The notes: generated from the letters alone by a model not told the origin. Counted from the first letter of the stretch, positions 39,801 through 54,800 are shown. The stretch: DNA of 64,000 bases from Phoronis australis (GCA_002633005.1 NMRA01000003.1:72458-136457); one strand, 5' to 3'. A program made the numbers and translations.

Positions 39801-42800
39801 TTAACCTACACTTGCAACTCATGCATGTGATTTAGAAGCATCTAAGTTCATTGAACAACACAATCACGAATGTAGATGTTTATCTCGGCTGTACATTCAA
39901 GAACCTTTTGTGTTTGACAGAAGAGTCCCTTCACATTGTTACAAATAATAGAAATCAAAAATTAAACTGCTTGAAACTTGCATAAAATATGCTTGACATC
40001 GAGCAACAGTTTGTAAATAAATGTAAATTGAGCAATGGTTTTATTTCCTGTAATGGGAAATTACACCTGTAGGATTCTCGTGTTCCTTGACAATTACTTC
40101 AATTGGAGCTGTCGCATAGGCACACAAACAGATTTTCATAGGAATTGGACTTTTGGTTGAAGTTATTTATTTATTATATTTTGCATAAGGCATTTCACAT
40201 CGATGAATGGTATTGTGTATAATCTAATCCTGACATAATTAATCATGGAGATGAGACTTGTTATGTAAAAATTGCCATTGAAACCTGTTCTATGTTAATC
40301 ATTTTCAATCACTTTTTATCAGGGTACATCCCAAGCTATGCCGTGGCTTGCTGAACTGGTTGAGTCAAGTGATGGTTCGCTGGACATGTTTCCTGTTCAG
40401 TGTTTATGCGAGTTTCTGCTCCACGACTCTATAGAGGAAGACACTGACTCAGACAGGAAGTCAGATAAATCAAGAGCAAAACAGGTCAGTAGCGTTCAAT
40501 CTTTATGTTATCAAAGAATATATTTCTTGGTTTCTTAGGAGCCTGTACGTTTTATGGACACCCTAAATACCGTCATGACACATTGGAGTAAAGGAACATG
40601 GAAACTCAGTTGCATCACTCATCAAAAGTGTTGTTACCATGAAAACAATATAAAATTGCAACTCTGCTATTCTTTCAACAACCATTCCTTGCTTTTGGAA
40701 ACGTGATTTATATACTCTTACCTTAAATTTTCTCCAAACTGGTTGATTTCTGTCACAGATTATTGGTGCGTTTATTTTCAGAAAGTGAAGAAACAGCAGC
40801 AAATGCTTGGTCGTCTGCAGCGGCTGGTGCATGATGGGAACAGTAAGAGTCGTGATGTGGTGGAGGTGTTGGATTACTTCTTGAAGAGATTGACTTCGCA
40901 GCAGGCGTCATCTAGAATACAAGCGTTCAAGGTATGCCGTCACGTGATGATTACTTCTGGGTGGAACATTACCATAAGATTGTGATCGAGGTTAGGGGTA
41001 TGAAGGTTGTTTGCCTTTGGTCCATGGCTTTTAAGACCCTTGCAGTCAGAAGAAATGTAGGGATTGCCACGTAAATGGCATGCGATAATTGATTATTGTA
41101 AGTTCTAAAATAGAATGTTGTTGCCCAAGAACTTGAGGTAGATAAGTCGGAGTAAACTGTGGCCTTAAATGTGATGAAAATTCTGTAAGATGGAGTGCTT
41201 GCTGTTGAAGTCACTTTAGCCAAAGGTCTTTGTAGATGTTTTGAACTATGGGATGGTAGTTTTAATATGCTACAAAAACCATTGTTTAGTAAATTGAATA
41301 AGAAAGTTTGGTTTTGTGACAAGACTCTTATTGGGCTGTGAACGTTAGTTTAATAATTATTTCTGTGTTTGTAGGGTCTATCCATGGTCTTGTCGAAAAC
41401 AGAACTTTCACAGGAACCCATGGATGTCACTGACGTGTCAATTATACCCCAACATGCCTGGCTGTTACAACAGCTGCCGTCACTCCCTCTGTTTGATGAA
41501 GTGAAAGATAAAGTTTGTTCAGCTTTGCGTCAGGTAAGTCGCTGAGCAAACTTATTATTTCTTGTTATCCCTGCCAAAGGCAAGAGAGAGAGAGAGTAAT
41601 AATGGTACACAACGTCACCTTCATTTTTTCCAAACTTTCAGAGTATGGTTACGAAATGTTGGTGTGCATAGGCATTAACTGCATTTTGTGATTTGCCCTG
41701 TTCTCTTGCATTATGGTTCATTCTTGGTTTTCACACATGCATGCTGGGTAACATTCTGTCTGTGGTTAACTCCACCAACATCTTGTCTCGACTTTCGCCA
41801 AACTTTCGTACTGTACTTGTGAAGTCTTGTAACACATATAATTCTTCATTTTACGATACCACTGTATTTTTTAATTTTCTTTGATTTTGATGTATCCATT
41901 TATGAAAACGCTAATCTGTGTACAACTCCTACATTTCAGAGGGAATTTCAAATAAACTCTCAAAAATTGCTTAGGAAGTGCCATAGCGCACATTATTCAC
42001 ATTTTGGGATTCTATCGTATTTTCTTAGATTATGGCACATTCTTGATTTTCACGCAAGCGCTATTTGTCTTGCATTTCTCAGGGATTGCAACTTAAGTTC
42101 TACATCCCTCCGACGACCCTTACGACATATTTACCTCATTTCACGACTGAACCCTAATTGTCCCACTCATGTCCCCGTATAACACATTGAGAAATGCTAC
42201 TGTGCATGCATTGCTGTATCTGACTGCCTTGTCCCTGTTTAATCTGGTCAACGTGTTCCTTTGTCACAGTTATTGTTGCCTTTATCTGAGCCTCCACCTG
42301 ACCATGTAGTTGTCATATTTACAGGCATGTCAGATTGAGACAAGCGCCCAGGCAGTGTCTGCATATGTCCTATTCTTAGCTCAACACACTCAGACACTTC
42401 AACTTCATGAACTGGACCACCAGGCTTTGGTGAGTCTATTGTTCCCTGTGGGTTCAGGGTTAATGTGTTGAGAATTTTGTCATAGTTAGTTAAGTAGTCA
42501 GGTATTTAAACTTCCTTGTTGCACTGGCATGTTATTAAAATGTCATTTAAGAATAACTAACTAAAGATGCTGGTAGATTCTGCTAAAATGTCATTCAAAT
42601 GAGCTTTGACGATGGTTGAATAGTAAGGGTGACCCTGTATCGTTAAAGACATTGTGATCGTATGGTATAATGGTTTTGTAATGAATTTTCATAACTTATA
42701 ACCACAATAAGTGTTTTCTGTCATTATATGAACACTGGCTCACATTTAAATTTGCTTTTAGTTTTGAAAAAATAGCCTTCAATATTACCATATAAGCTTT

Positions 42801-45800
42801 ATTCACAAAATGTTTTTGTTGAGTTTATAATAAGGTTGAACCATTACAGAGCTTCTACATTACATAATTCTCCTGCATTGAACCACTACAGGGCATAATT
42901 CTCCCACGCTGAACCACTGCAGGACATATGTCAGCTGATATTTTATAATTCTCCTACATTGAACCATTGCAGGACATAATTCTGCATTGAACCATTACAG
43001 GACATAGCACAGCTGATAGTTGAACGCAGTACCATCATTAGTCACGTCCTACCCTCCACCTCACAACACAGTGAGCTGCAAGACCAAGTGTTGGCTGCCA
43101 TGACTAACATGTTTTATAACTACATTGAGAGAGCCAAGGCACCACAGCAGGAAGCATACTCTTGGGTGAGTACATACAGCTGTTGGTCGTGACTTCAATT
43201 TTCATCAAAAAATGTTTACTATCACCATGCTTAGTAGGATGATTTGTACAGAAATTGAATATAATGCATTATAGGACTGTGTCAGTTTGTGACAAAAATA
43301 TGATAATCTCCTTGTTTCTGTAGTCAGATACTCAGGACCAGATCATTCTCCAGTGGCCGTCGGGCGACTCAGCCACCATGCACGTTCTCGTAGTGCATGC
43401 CATGATCATCTTGCTGACATTTGGTAAACCCAAAGGTAGGTTGATTTTAACATTATATTGCTTTAGTTTACATATTCCTTACCAGTACTAATCCTGTATA
43501 CAGAGTTGATCGTGTCAATGTAATTAACTGTTGGGAGGAATAGGTTAATATTTAGGAGATTGAACACATAGTTGACAGTTGAAAAGGGAAAGTTACTTTT
43601 TAGAAGGCATGCTTTATTTTCTATAAGAAGTATTCTGAATCTTTTCTGTGAATATGAATCAGTTCTTCAATTCTACTATGTGATGGATTGAGCTTACCCT
43701 AAACATGAGAAAACGAGCAGCAACACCTGAGGACATGTCACTCTATACATGATGGAGGATGACTAGTGTTGTGATTGGTTGTCCCAGTTCTGCATACATT
43801 AGTATGTCTCGACCAATAAATGCTCGTAACTCGAGATCAGCTCATTAACATATCATCAGATAGTGTTTGAGGGTGTTCTAATTTAACAGCTGATTGACTG
43901 CTGGGGTTGATTTAGGTGTTTTTGATGTGACATTGTTGATTTTAAGCATGATTCGTCCTGTCAGACACACAGTATTGCTCACGACATCAAACTTCTGATT
44001 TGAAGAAGTAATTTTAAAAATTTAGTTCTCATAAGAATAGACTAAAATTTTCAACATATCTTATAATAAGCGAAATATTTCAAACGGACCAAAACTACCT
44101 TCAAAAGAGATATTTACCTTTTCCCTTGGCGAGACCACTGTGTTCAATCAGAGCAAGTTGTTTAGTATTAGTCCTTAACTTATTGTAAATAAATATTATT
44201 AGCAAGATTAGTATAAAGCAGAATCAAGCACCAAATCCATGTCACCTTAAAGGTACTAACTAGACAAAGTTCATGTCATTTGAAATTAAAGTGCTATTAT
44301 ATGCAGTTTGTTAAAATGCATCTGTGTGCCTTGAATGTTGTATGTTGCAATTAGCGCACCAGGGAAGCGCAGTCTGTGATCTATTGGTTAAATTTGTTTA
44401 GTGGACAGTCACTTTGACAGCCTGCTTGAGACCTGGTTCCCAGCAAGTGGTAGCCCGCCGTCGGCCTACCTTGTGGATACGTCTGAAGAGGCCCTGCTGT
44501 TGCCTGATTGGCTGAAACTTCGAATGATTCGCTCCAGTGTCTCTGTTCTGGTGGATTCTGGTAAGATAAGCCTCACTTGTCTCTCTAGCATCAAACTCTT
44601 AATACAGTTTCTGTCAAGTCTGTTTACTGTTTATGAGATGTCTTGCAAACTATTGTACTAGATGGAGTTTTGAATGTCCAAGTTTTTTTTTTCAAATTTC
44701 ATACCTCCCACTCATTGTGTGTGGTAAAATTGTGGCTTGAAAAGCAGCCTTTCCATGACAAAAATCATGTGGTTTTCCAAAAGAAAAATTCTTTCAATTT
44801 GTAACTCTTTTACTCATTTCTCACTACTTTCTACTGCTCATCCCCATTAGAGCCATGTGTGTAGGATTGTCTGTTATGTTGTAGTACATTATAATGCATC
44901 TCTACTGACCGTATTCACCTCACTGTTACAGCTCTACTGGACCTTGAACCCACCCAGTTACTACTCTTCATACAGTCATTTGGTATACCGGTGCAAAGTA
45001 TGAGTAAGTTACTGTCCAGTCTGGATGCAGCTACAACCACTGACCGATCGTCAGTGGACGAGTCGGTCATTGATAAGACATTTATGGCTCAGCTAATCCG
45101 AGTGCAGTGGAAGAGAGGTGCCACAGGGGGCAAGCAGTTCTACACAGTGCTGGATGACGGTGCTGACTGCACTGAGGAAGGTAGGGTTACTGGGTGCCCA
45201 ACTGCAACCCCAGTAGTTTAGAGGGCTTATATAAAAGTGGTAGGATTACTTTAATTAGTTTCCTCTTTATGTGTCAAATGTTGAAAACATGTTACATAAT
45301 AATACCTTACGAATTGTATTGTCTTTGCATTTAGTTACTACCGTATTTGCCGTAATAACCGCCCAGGGCGCTTAGAAAAGTTCGGTTCAGGGGGGGCGCT
45401 TATTATAACCCAAGGCGGTTGAAAACCGGTCTCCGAAACGGGTGAAATCGGAAGCTAAGATTCATAAAATTTACGCTCTGTGACGTATATGTAATCTATG
45501 AAAGACTTTCAACAAAACTGTGGTGCATTGCTATCAAACTTTGCAGCTAAATTACGACCATTTTACAGAAAATTGTGCTGAAATTCCAGGGCGAAAACTC
45601 GCCGACTGACTGCCTCGAAATCGCCGTCTTCGATATGGCGATTTCAATGATTGAATAAAAATGGTTTTGACTCAAGCAAATTACCTAAAATCCTCATTAA
45701 GTTTTATAAGTAGCATCTCTAAGATTTTTTAAGTTCCCGTGGAGTCTGGATTAACGGCAGGTTTAAATACAAATCTGTGCATCTACATGTATGATCGGCA

Positions 45801-48800
45801 ACACGGCGAGAAAAATGTCTGGACGAACAAACATGTTGTCACGTGACGTTTGTTTTGAAGTTCGTCTGCGAATAAGCGAGCGCGTGCGTGTCACCAGAGT
45901 TCATTTGCCAAAGCAGAGACCGTCTTTTGGCCAGAGGCACGCACTCTAACTAGCTAGATGTGTCTAAAGAAATTTGCACAGGCAGTAGGCCTAAACCAGA
46001 GCGTGTTTCATTCAGCACTCGCCGGTCTCGTGCTAAAAACTTTCGACATTTGTCTCGGTAAGGCCCATATTAGTCGCCGTGTAGCTGGATGCGTACGTAA
46101 CTATCTGACAGTTATTTTTCGGTGTAAGGGTGTGTAAGCATTCACTGTCAGTTGTCACTTTATCGGATGTTCGGCTTAAAAACACCAATTATGGTTAATC
46201 AAACAATACATCTCAAAAATAACGCAAACATGTTTTATAGTATTAGAAATTGTCGGAAATTAGTGCCAATATTCATTTCTTATCGATGCTATGCTACCCG
46301 TTTCATGAATGGAAAATTCCCGACTAAGGTCTTTGATGACAGGTTCATGTATGTAGCGCGCGCGCTTCCTGGCCACGTGCGTTTAACACCGAGTTATTTT
46401 TATTCATGAGACAGTCGATGTGTCTACCGAAAGGTCAGACCATAGAGTGGGACACGGTCGTCGCGAGAGAGTAGCAACGCTGTTGCGTTCTTTTTGAAGC
46501 GCTGCGTTACTTTGAAGTGTAAAGTCACGGCTAAATACAAACGTAGCAGTGCCGCTGGTGGTCTAGAAGACCCGTGCAAAACTTTTTTGATAAATTGAAG
46601 ACGTTACTGTAGCCGAGTTTTAGGACTGTAGGTACGTCATTGTTCCCGTGTACACGTTCATGGACTGGGCGCTTATTTCAGCAAAGTCTGAAAACGTGTG
46701 GGAGGCGCTTATAGGGGCATGGGCGGTTATTACGGCGAATACGGTAATTGTTTTTAAGAATACCCATTAAAAGAGACAATTTGTTTGTCTATGAGTAAGT
46801 TCATTTTCAAAATTTGTTTGTCCTGAAGTTGTACTCAGCTCATTCATAGTTTGGTGGAGTTCTCCAAACTGATGCTTTCATTTAGTAATTAATAACTTGC
46901 TAAACACGGCCAGCCATAAACATAGGATACTATGAATGGTGGTGCCATTTACATTATGTGGTTCCTGTTTTGTCATCACATTGCCTAGAAAGCAGTGTTA
47001 CGGTATTACAGGGCTTATTAGTATCATGTAAATAATGCTTTTAATGACTCTATGTTTATGGTAACTTGTCCTTGTTATTGACCCTGTAGACTATGATGCA
47101 GAACTGACTGTACCTAAACATAAGAAGCATACCCCACCCTCAGACCAGATGCCTGTTGAGTTGCCAATACCACGGGATGAGCATGCTATGAGAGAACTCA
47201 TTGCAAGGGTGAGTTGAGTTATTCATACTGTCACGTTTTCCCCTGTGGATGGCTAGACATAGGTCTGAATGATGGGCGTCAAACTGAGTCAAAATGTGGG
47301 ACCTCTGCAAGCGACTATTGCCTTAAAACCAACACGCAAGGTCCCTGGCATGACTGAAAAAATGTGCAACGTTCAGATAAAATTTGGTATCGGCTCAAAA
47401 TTAAGAATTAGATGTTTTCGAGAATGTTTACCTACAATGTCCTTTGATAAAAGCTGGTTTTGCTAAGTTTAACTGAACTTTACACCCACCACAATAAAAT
47501 TGTACCTTTGTCACAAAATTGTGCTCATATTTGACCACTGTCCGCATCTCACAGTGCGCGTGCTATAAGTGCTTGAGTACAGTTATAAAAGCTGTCTCCC
47601 TGACAATGGTGCTTTTCATCATTTTGTTGCATTCTAATGTCTTTATTTGCTATCTTAGACAATCTGTACTTTGTGTTATGTGCATGTCAGTCTCATCATT
47701 CACTAAGTAATGCTAATGTCCATCTGTTTAGTTGTTTGGATCCCCAGACTGCTCTCGTGAACAAAGACAGCATATTTACTTCTCTCTGCACAAAGTGAGT
47801 ATTGTGTTTGTCCAAATTTTAATTTGGAGAATTTAAATGTTAAATCATAATATTTTCTGATATTAATAGAATTCATGGCTCTAGCCAATCATTTCTGAAA
47901 GTGGTGGATTGCAAATGTAGCTTTTTGTTGTATATTCTTCTGACTGGAAAATGGCCGTGAAATTTAGGTATTGTATTTTTATAATTTTGTTCAACTTCTA
48001 GGCAATCTTGAAAGATATGTTTCTGATGGGGTTATTCTTGGACAGTTTGAACCAGGTAATGTGATAGTTTAGTTTCCTAACTAATTCTCAGCTCAAAACG
48101 TTTTCACTTTTGTCACAAAATTAAAAGTGCCTCTCAGAACTGGCAATACATTCATGGCTTCAATTTTGTAAAGCTTGGAATTTTAACTTCCTTCACCAAT
48201 AGATACATAAAGTGACTCTTGTCTAATATTCTCCTATCAGATGACTTAAGTGCGTCTGATCAGTTCAGTAATCTAATAATCCGTCTGCTCATTTTGAGTA
48301 ATCCAATAGTATGTCTACTAATTTTGGTATTCCAGTAGCCTGTCTGCTCATTCAGTAATCCAAAAACCCAATAGCGCCTCTATTTCTTTCAGTAATCCAG
48401 TAAAAGTCTGACTGTCTACTCACTTGAGTAATTCAATAGACTGTTTGCTCCTTTCAGCAATCCAATAGTGCGTCTGCTCATTTCAGTAATCCAATAGTTC
48501 GTCTGCTCATTTCAGTTGCTTCAAACTGCTGCCTCTGGTTCCATCATACATGGCATGGAGCAGAACCTTGCTGTCTCCTGCTCACTATTAAGAACTGTTT
48601 ATACAAGTCAGGTGAGTAAAGCTTAATAAATGGCTGTGGAATGCTTTGCGTATGCTTTCATGATTTAAAAATTCTTGGAATGTCTATTTTTGTTTCTTTT
48701 GCGAACCCATGAAAATATTTACACTCATGTAATGCACATTGTCCTGGACCAAGTTTCAAGCTGCGATTTAATTTTTTTCCATGCAAGCCATGGAGAAAGA

Positions 48801-51800
48801 ATTTAAATGTTTCATTGTCCAACAACCTTTAGTTTGAAGTCTATTCCCAGGATGTGTTATCATTGTGTATTTGTGTGACGCTTGTTCATATTCATTCAGG
48901 GTCTGCGAGCCACTCACTCCCAGCAGGTGGCTGAGATCACGCGCGCACTCTTCTCTGGTGCCAGTCAGTCTGGACTGCTGTCTGTGGTCAAGCAGTTCTT
49001 GCAGTCTTGGAGATCAGATGGACAGTCAGTAGACAACATCAAGAAGTTCTGGAATAGCATGCAGCACCCGGGGGCTCAGAGGCTTGCCACTGAGGATCTG
49101 GCCAATCTGGAGAAGTTTATAGACAAGAAAGTAAGGACGAGTCTGAGCAAGAACTCGGCTACTGAGTTGACTGCCAAGATCACTTCCTATCTACTCAACA
49201 ATGGGTAGGTGCATCTTAGTATTACTCTGTGCTATGCTGATTATTGAGACCACAGATATGTAACAGTAGGGAGAGGCACATAGTAGTATTGTTTGGTAAT
49301 ATTGTATCATTCTCACTGGGCTCAGAATTAAACTGCATGTTGAAGTGGAATGTACTAATAAGCGCTTCCTGTTTAAAAAGGGACTTTCCCATTTTGTTCC
49401 AAACAGAAAATGCAATATTGCAATATTGAGAAATATCAACATTTTGTCTTTTAACTTGATTTGTAAGACATTTCATTTTCTCCTTTTGAAAAATTTCATT
49501 TAGTCTCGTTAATTAGCCATTGAAATTTGGGTGCATAAGCTTACACACAAGCAAATTTAATTTTTTAATTTATTTGTACTTGAATTAAGTACGTAACAAA
49601 ACGGTGTTAGTGAAACCATTAACAACATGGTAAATTACTATACTGTGACTCTTATAGGTGATAATGTGTTCTGGATGTTTCAATCTGTTAGCACTTTCTT
49701 TTTTGCGTTGGTTTATCTGAACATTCCGCTTGGTATCTATAAAACCTTACTCGTTTGGTACTTGCAGCAGTGACATGCCTGACTCCACGCGCTCGCTTCT
49801 CATTGATTGGCTGGAATTAACTGACTCAGAGGTCATTCGTAGCTGCCCCAGGTTACAGCAACAGCTGATATTCTCCAAACAGTACAAAGAGAACAGTGGC
49901 CAGAACAGGACCAGATGTCAGCCATATCTCCTCTCACTTCTCACACACTCAACAAGTTGGGACACATTAAACAATACACTAGATCAGCTTCTTGGGGAAA
50001 AGGCTCAAATAGACATGTAAGTGGACGTGTCAAAGAAGTTGTTAAACTAGACATTGTAATGGGAGGATATCTGTTGTCTCGTTTGACTAACTCACTGCAC
50101 TGGTGTATGTTCAGTATCTCTGAGCGTTGCCGCTGTGAAGAGTCATTTACGCATCAGTGGCTTTTGAATGACTATGTCTACCCTGAATCTGTGTTAATTG
50201 TGTAATTGTTTTGAGCTTGACGCGGGATTTTAAACGTCATTCGTGCCACGCCGTTTGAGACGTCAGCAAGTTTTAAGGTTCTGCTCCGACTGTGCCAAAT
50301 GTCATTGTTCTTGATGTTGCGAGTGCCATGTGTACATGTTCAATTGTAACATTGAGCATTAACTGTAATGCAACCAGTAAAACTCGACGCGTCTGTTTTG
50401 AGATCAAGACAAGCTTCTTGCAAGGCATGGCAACCACTTCAGACATAAAAGCTGAATTATTGTTTTTGTATTATATCTACTTCACTAGCATGATTGTCAT
50501 GATTGTGTAACTGCTATTTGCTTTGCGCTTCAGGTACAGTCCTTCATATGTGCTGGACTTTGCCTGGGCTTGCATCTATATTCCCAAGATATGGCGAGGG
50601 GTGGAGGTCAAGACTGCCAGGGTTAGTAAATATCAGTCCTCAATGCTGTTTGAAGTTGCGCTGAGTAACATGACATTTCCTATTATTGAATATGGCGTTA
50701 AATTTGAATACATTGGGATCATTGCAGATTTAAAAGGCAACTGATTTAAAATTTTCCTCAGAAAATGCATTATTTTGGGTATAATATGGCTATTGTCTAA
50801 CTTCATGACACATAATTATGTTATTTTTAAGTGATTCATTCAAAATTTTTATGGAATAGTGTTTGCAAACTGTTTTATTACCTTTGAGATTTGTTATTGT
50901 CATGGCTGGTTGGAAGAAAACTGTCTTATATCCGAAGAAACGGTATGACCTTATTTTGTTGTATATGTTTGTAGTGTTATATCCAGGATCGTTGGATTAT
51001 TTCTCCTGTAAATCCTGGGTGTTACATTCAGGACAGTACTGTAGATTGTGTCCCCCATGTGAGTTGTGAAAACCAACTGCAAGTGCACACCCCTGAAGAC
51101 ATGAGTTGACTGATCATCACCAGCTATTGCAAAAATTCTCCAATTTGGGCAAGTCTTTAAAATAAGAATTTCCACGATTCCGAAGATTGGGACATGATTG
51201 AGTAATTTGGCATTCAAAATTAATTTTGTTTGAATTCTCAAAATATTGGAACACTGCATTTTGTGTCAACAAATTCTGAGATAAAATCATGGGTTATAGC
51301 TACCAAATACAAAATTCATCTTTCCCCTGAGTCTTGAATTTGGGACGGCCTTTATTGCGGTCTTTTTTCTAAAATTTGGTACGAGCTCCGACCTTGAACA
51401 AAATGATTTTTTTATGTCCCAAACTGGAGAACTTTTACCATAGTATCGCCCTCGGGATCAGTCCATATTTTTGTAGTGTCCCTATCTACATACCATACAT
51501 TAGATAGTACTATGTGACTTGCAGGTGCACACGCCTGAAGACATGCTGGCTCTGACCAGACATGAGGTGACTCATCTTCTTCAGTACATTATCATGGAGG
51601 CATCAGATAAAGAGGATACAGCCGCTGCCAAGCAAAGCATTCATCAGAGGATAGAATTGGTGACGACATGTTGCCATGACAGACCAGAGCTACTCCATAC
51701 TGCTGCTGACTTTCTGGAGAGATCATCTAAGTCTGACAGGTTGGATTCATTGTACTCCCTTTTTGATTTGATTCTTTATTACTGGTATTAATTGAAAATG

Positions 51801-54800
51801 GGGTGCATTTTTAACTTAAACCTTTTGTACCTGTCTTGTTCCTTTTCATGACTATTACTGTCTGAAAGCAAAAAACACCTAATTTTGATTCTATCTCTTG
51901 TTAATACTTGGACCATGATTTCCTGATAAGCAGTCTGGTTGTGCTGTAGTCATAAAATGACTTGCTTGTTCCAAGTTTTTAGAATGTGTCCTGTTGAAAC
52001 TTTTCAATGTTTATTGGGAAGAACCCTTCTCATGTGTAGTGTTGTGTTTCAGGCCTAAAGAGGAGCTCTACACTTGCCTGCTGCTTCAGCTGTACCTGAA
52101 AGAACCGTCTGTATTATTCTGGTTAGAACAAAGTACGATAGACAGTCTGTTGAGGTGTACAGACACACAGGCACATAGCTCTTGTCAGGTAAGATATAAA
52201 TGTCACAGCGCATTCAAAGTATGACAATTTTTCAGTGTTGTATTTAGGCTTGGCTTACTCATTGTCTTTATTTTGGTATATACTTCTAATATATGTTTAA
52301 ATTAAAATAAATGTAATATTTGTGATGCTTCACTGAATTGATTTCTGTTTTAGTTTGATGTGCTCTCCCACCAACTGGTTTCGGCACTAGCCAACATTGA
52401 ACCAGGGCGGCGCGGTGAAGATAAACTGTATGACACTAACATTGCCTGTAGAAAGGTGGCCACCAGACATCCCACACTCATGTTGAGGTACATTGTAAAT
52501 TCTCACAACTAAACATTCCATTTAGGATGCCAGTAAAGCTACTAAGCTTTGGCAGTCACAAAACATTGAATGATCAGTATGATAAACATTTGGGGAAAGT
52601 TGCCATTAAGTGTAAGCGTCAACTTGACGATACTGAGCTTCATTGAATCAAAGGACTTTGTTCACTCCTGTTGCATCATGACATCAGTTATAGTGGCTAG
52701 TTACTATTGTCTCCATTTGGTAAAATTAGTACAAGCAGTGAAGAGACGTGTCAACAATATCACTTCATCCTATAGTAGACATGGCTATGGTTTACATTCT
52801 GTTGTTTTTTTATGAGCACAGTGTTGGAAATGGCATTCGCATTATATTCAAGTTCTCGTTCACTCAGCTCAGAGGGGTAGGAGGCACCTTTATGCAATGC
52901 TTGGTTGTCAGCCTGTAAAGCCAGGGTTTGAAACCCGGCCCAAGTCTCTAAAATTGGATTCCGGAGCTCAATTCTCTGAGCCACACTGTCTGTTTTTGCC
53001 ATAGTAAACAAGCAAGTATTTTCATCATTGTTATTCCATTATTTACAGACAGCTGTCTATGATTGGCGGTTTGTTGCGAGGTCGTGTCAACTATACCATG
53101 ACAGAGTTTCAGAACCGTAATCACTTGGCCCTGTTCACCCATGTGTTGGGACTACTAGAACTCCTGCAGCCCTATATCTTCCACAGTGAGCACAGTAGTG
53201 CACTCAGTGACACTCTACAGGCCTTCTTTGATCTGGTCAAGGTGACTAATCTTTCATGACAACAACCACCATCATTTGATGGACTTGTCAAATTACTAGC
53301 ACAAAGTCATAAATCTGTAGCATTTGTGTCGATTCAAATCTTGAAATTGTGATGGATATCCAGGCCTGCATTTCGTAGATGCATAAACATATGATAACGC
53401 AAGTCTTCTGAATATATTGTCGGGCATTACAAGCAAAGCACATGATTTCATTTAGTTTTTCTCACGATTGTCTTTGGTCAATGCAGTTAGATGTTGGTGA
53501 CCTATATCTACAGAAAGGAATTCAACGTAATATTAGTAAGTGTTTTAGTTTTGCGACAATAAACCCGCCCTCCATCACAAAAGAGCAAAATGTTGATTTA
53601 GACTACTGCAGTAATCTCCACAACTTGTCACTGCATCGAGTTTGAATTTTGTCGTGACTTCTTTGGCTTACCTACCTTAAGTTTGAAAACCTATCCTTGA
53701 GTTTAAAGTGTTGAGAGGTTTGTAATTTCTTTAACAAATTAGAATAATTTGGATTTTTGGTACCAGTTAAATCTATTTGTTCCAAGACTTATGCCGCAAA
53801 CTTCCCTCAGTATGGAAATGGACTGTCAAACTCGACTACATGAACTGTGCAATTCCAGTCAAGTTTGAATTTTCTGTTGTGGAGAACACTGTACTTACCA
53901 TTGTAAAATTGGCCTCGAGATGTTTATTAGTCAAATTTGTGGTGACTTCATGGCTTTGGAAGACCTGACAATTTGTTATCGCTTAAGACTAGGCTCTACA
54001 AGTTGGCTAAGTCACTACGTGTTACTTTATGTGTTGAGCGTCGTCTGAAGAAATAATGAACTATCAGTTTTTTGCAAACCCAGAAATCAATTGTTATCTG
54101 AGTGAAGAAAGAGTTGAGACCAGTTTTATAGCTGTAAGTGTCTAAAGCAAAAGTTCGCTTCTTGTACGGAACTTGGGTTTATAGCCGTTTTAATGAAGGA
54201 AGATATCTATCTGGAGGTTCCCATTCAGCTTATTTTCATTAGTCTTCAATGAGACGCACTTCCCCTCTGTTAATTTAGTAACATACATTTGATGCCCTAT
54301 CTTGTGCAGGTGCATGGATTACAACAAAAAGAGCTAGTGCCACTCGTCAACAAGCTTGTCCTCTTCTGTAGTAACTATATGGAGGCTAGTCCTAAAGCAG
54401 CATCACTGTGCCTGAATGAACACTTGGATCTTCTCAAGTAGGTCACTGTTTTTGTCATGGGAGGACACTATTACTGTAACTGCCCTCTCTGCATACTGTG
54501 GAAGGGAAGATCACTTTACTGTCACAGCTCTCTCTGCAGACTGGATGGGACGGTCACTTTACTGTCACTGCTCTCTCCGCAGTCTGTGGAAGGGAAGGAC
54601 ACTGCCCTGTCCTGTGTGGATGAGCAGGACGCGCCATTCTCACTGTTCTATTTGCAGACTGTGGGTGGGCAGGACACTTCATTGTCACTGCCCTGTCCAC
54701 AGGGTGTGGAAGGGAAGGACATTTCATTCTGAATTTCATTCATGTTGCTAAGAAACATTTAAAAGCAGTTATTTTTAAACAGCACTCTCAACCACTTTGA

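Noticed and set aside
54416-54751. Overlapping ORFs on both strands
   Set aside because: They are translations of the ~45-bp minisatellite inside an INTS1 intron.
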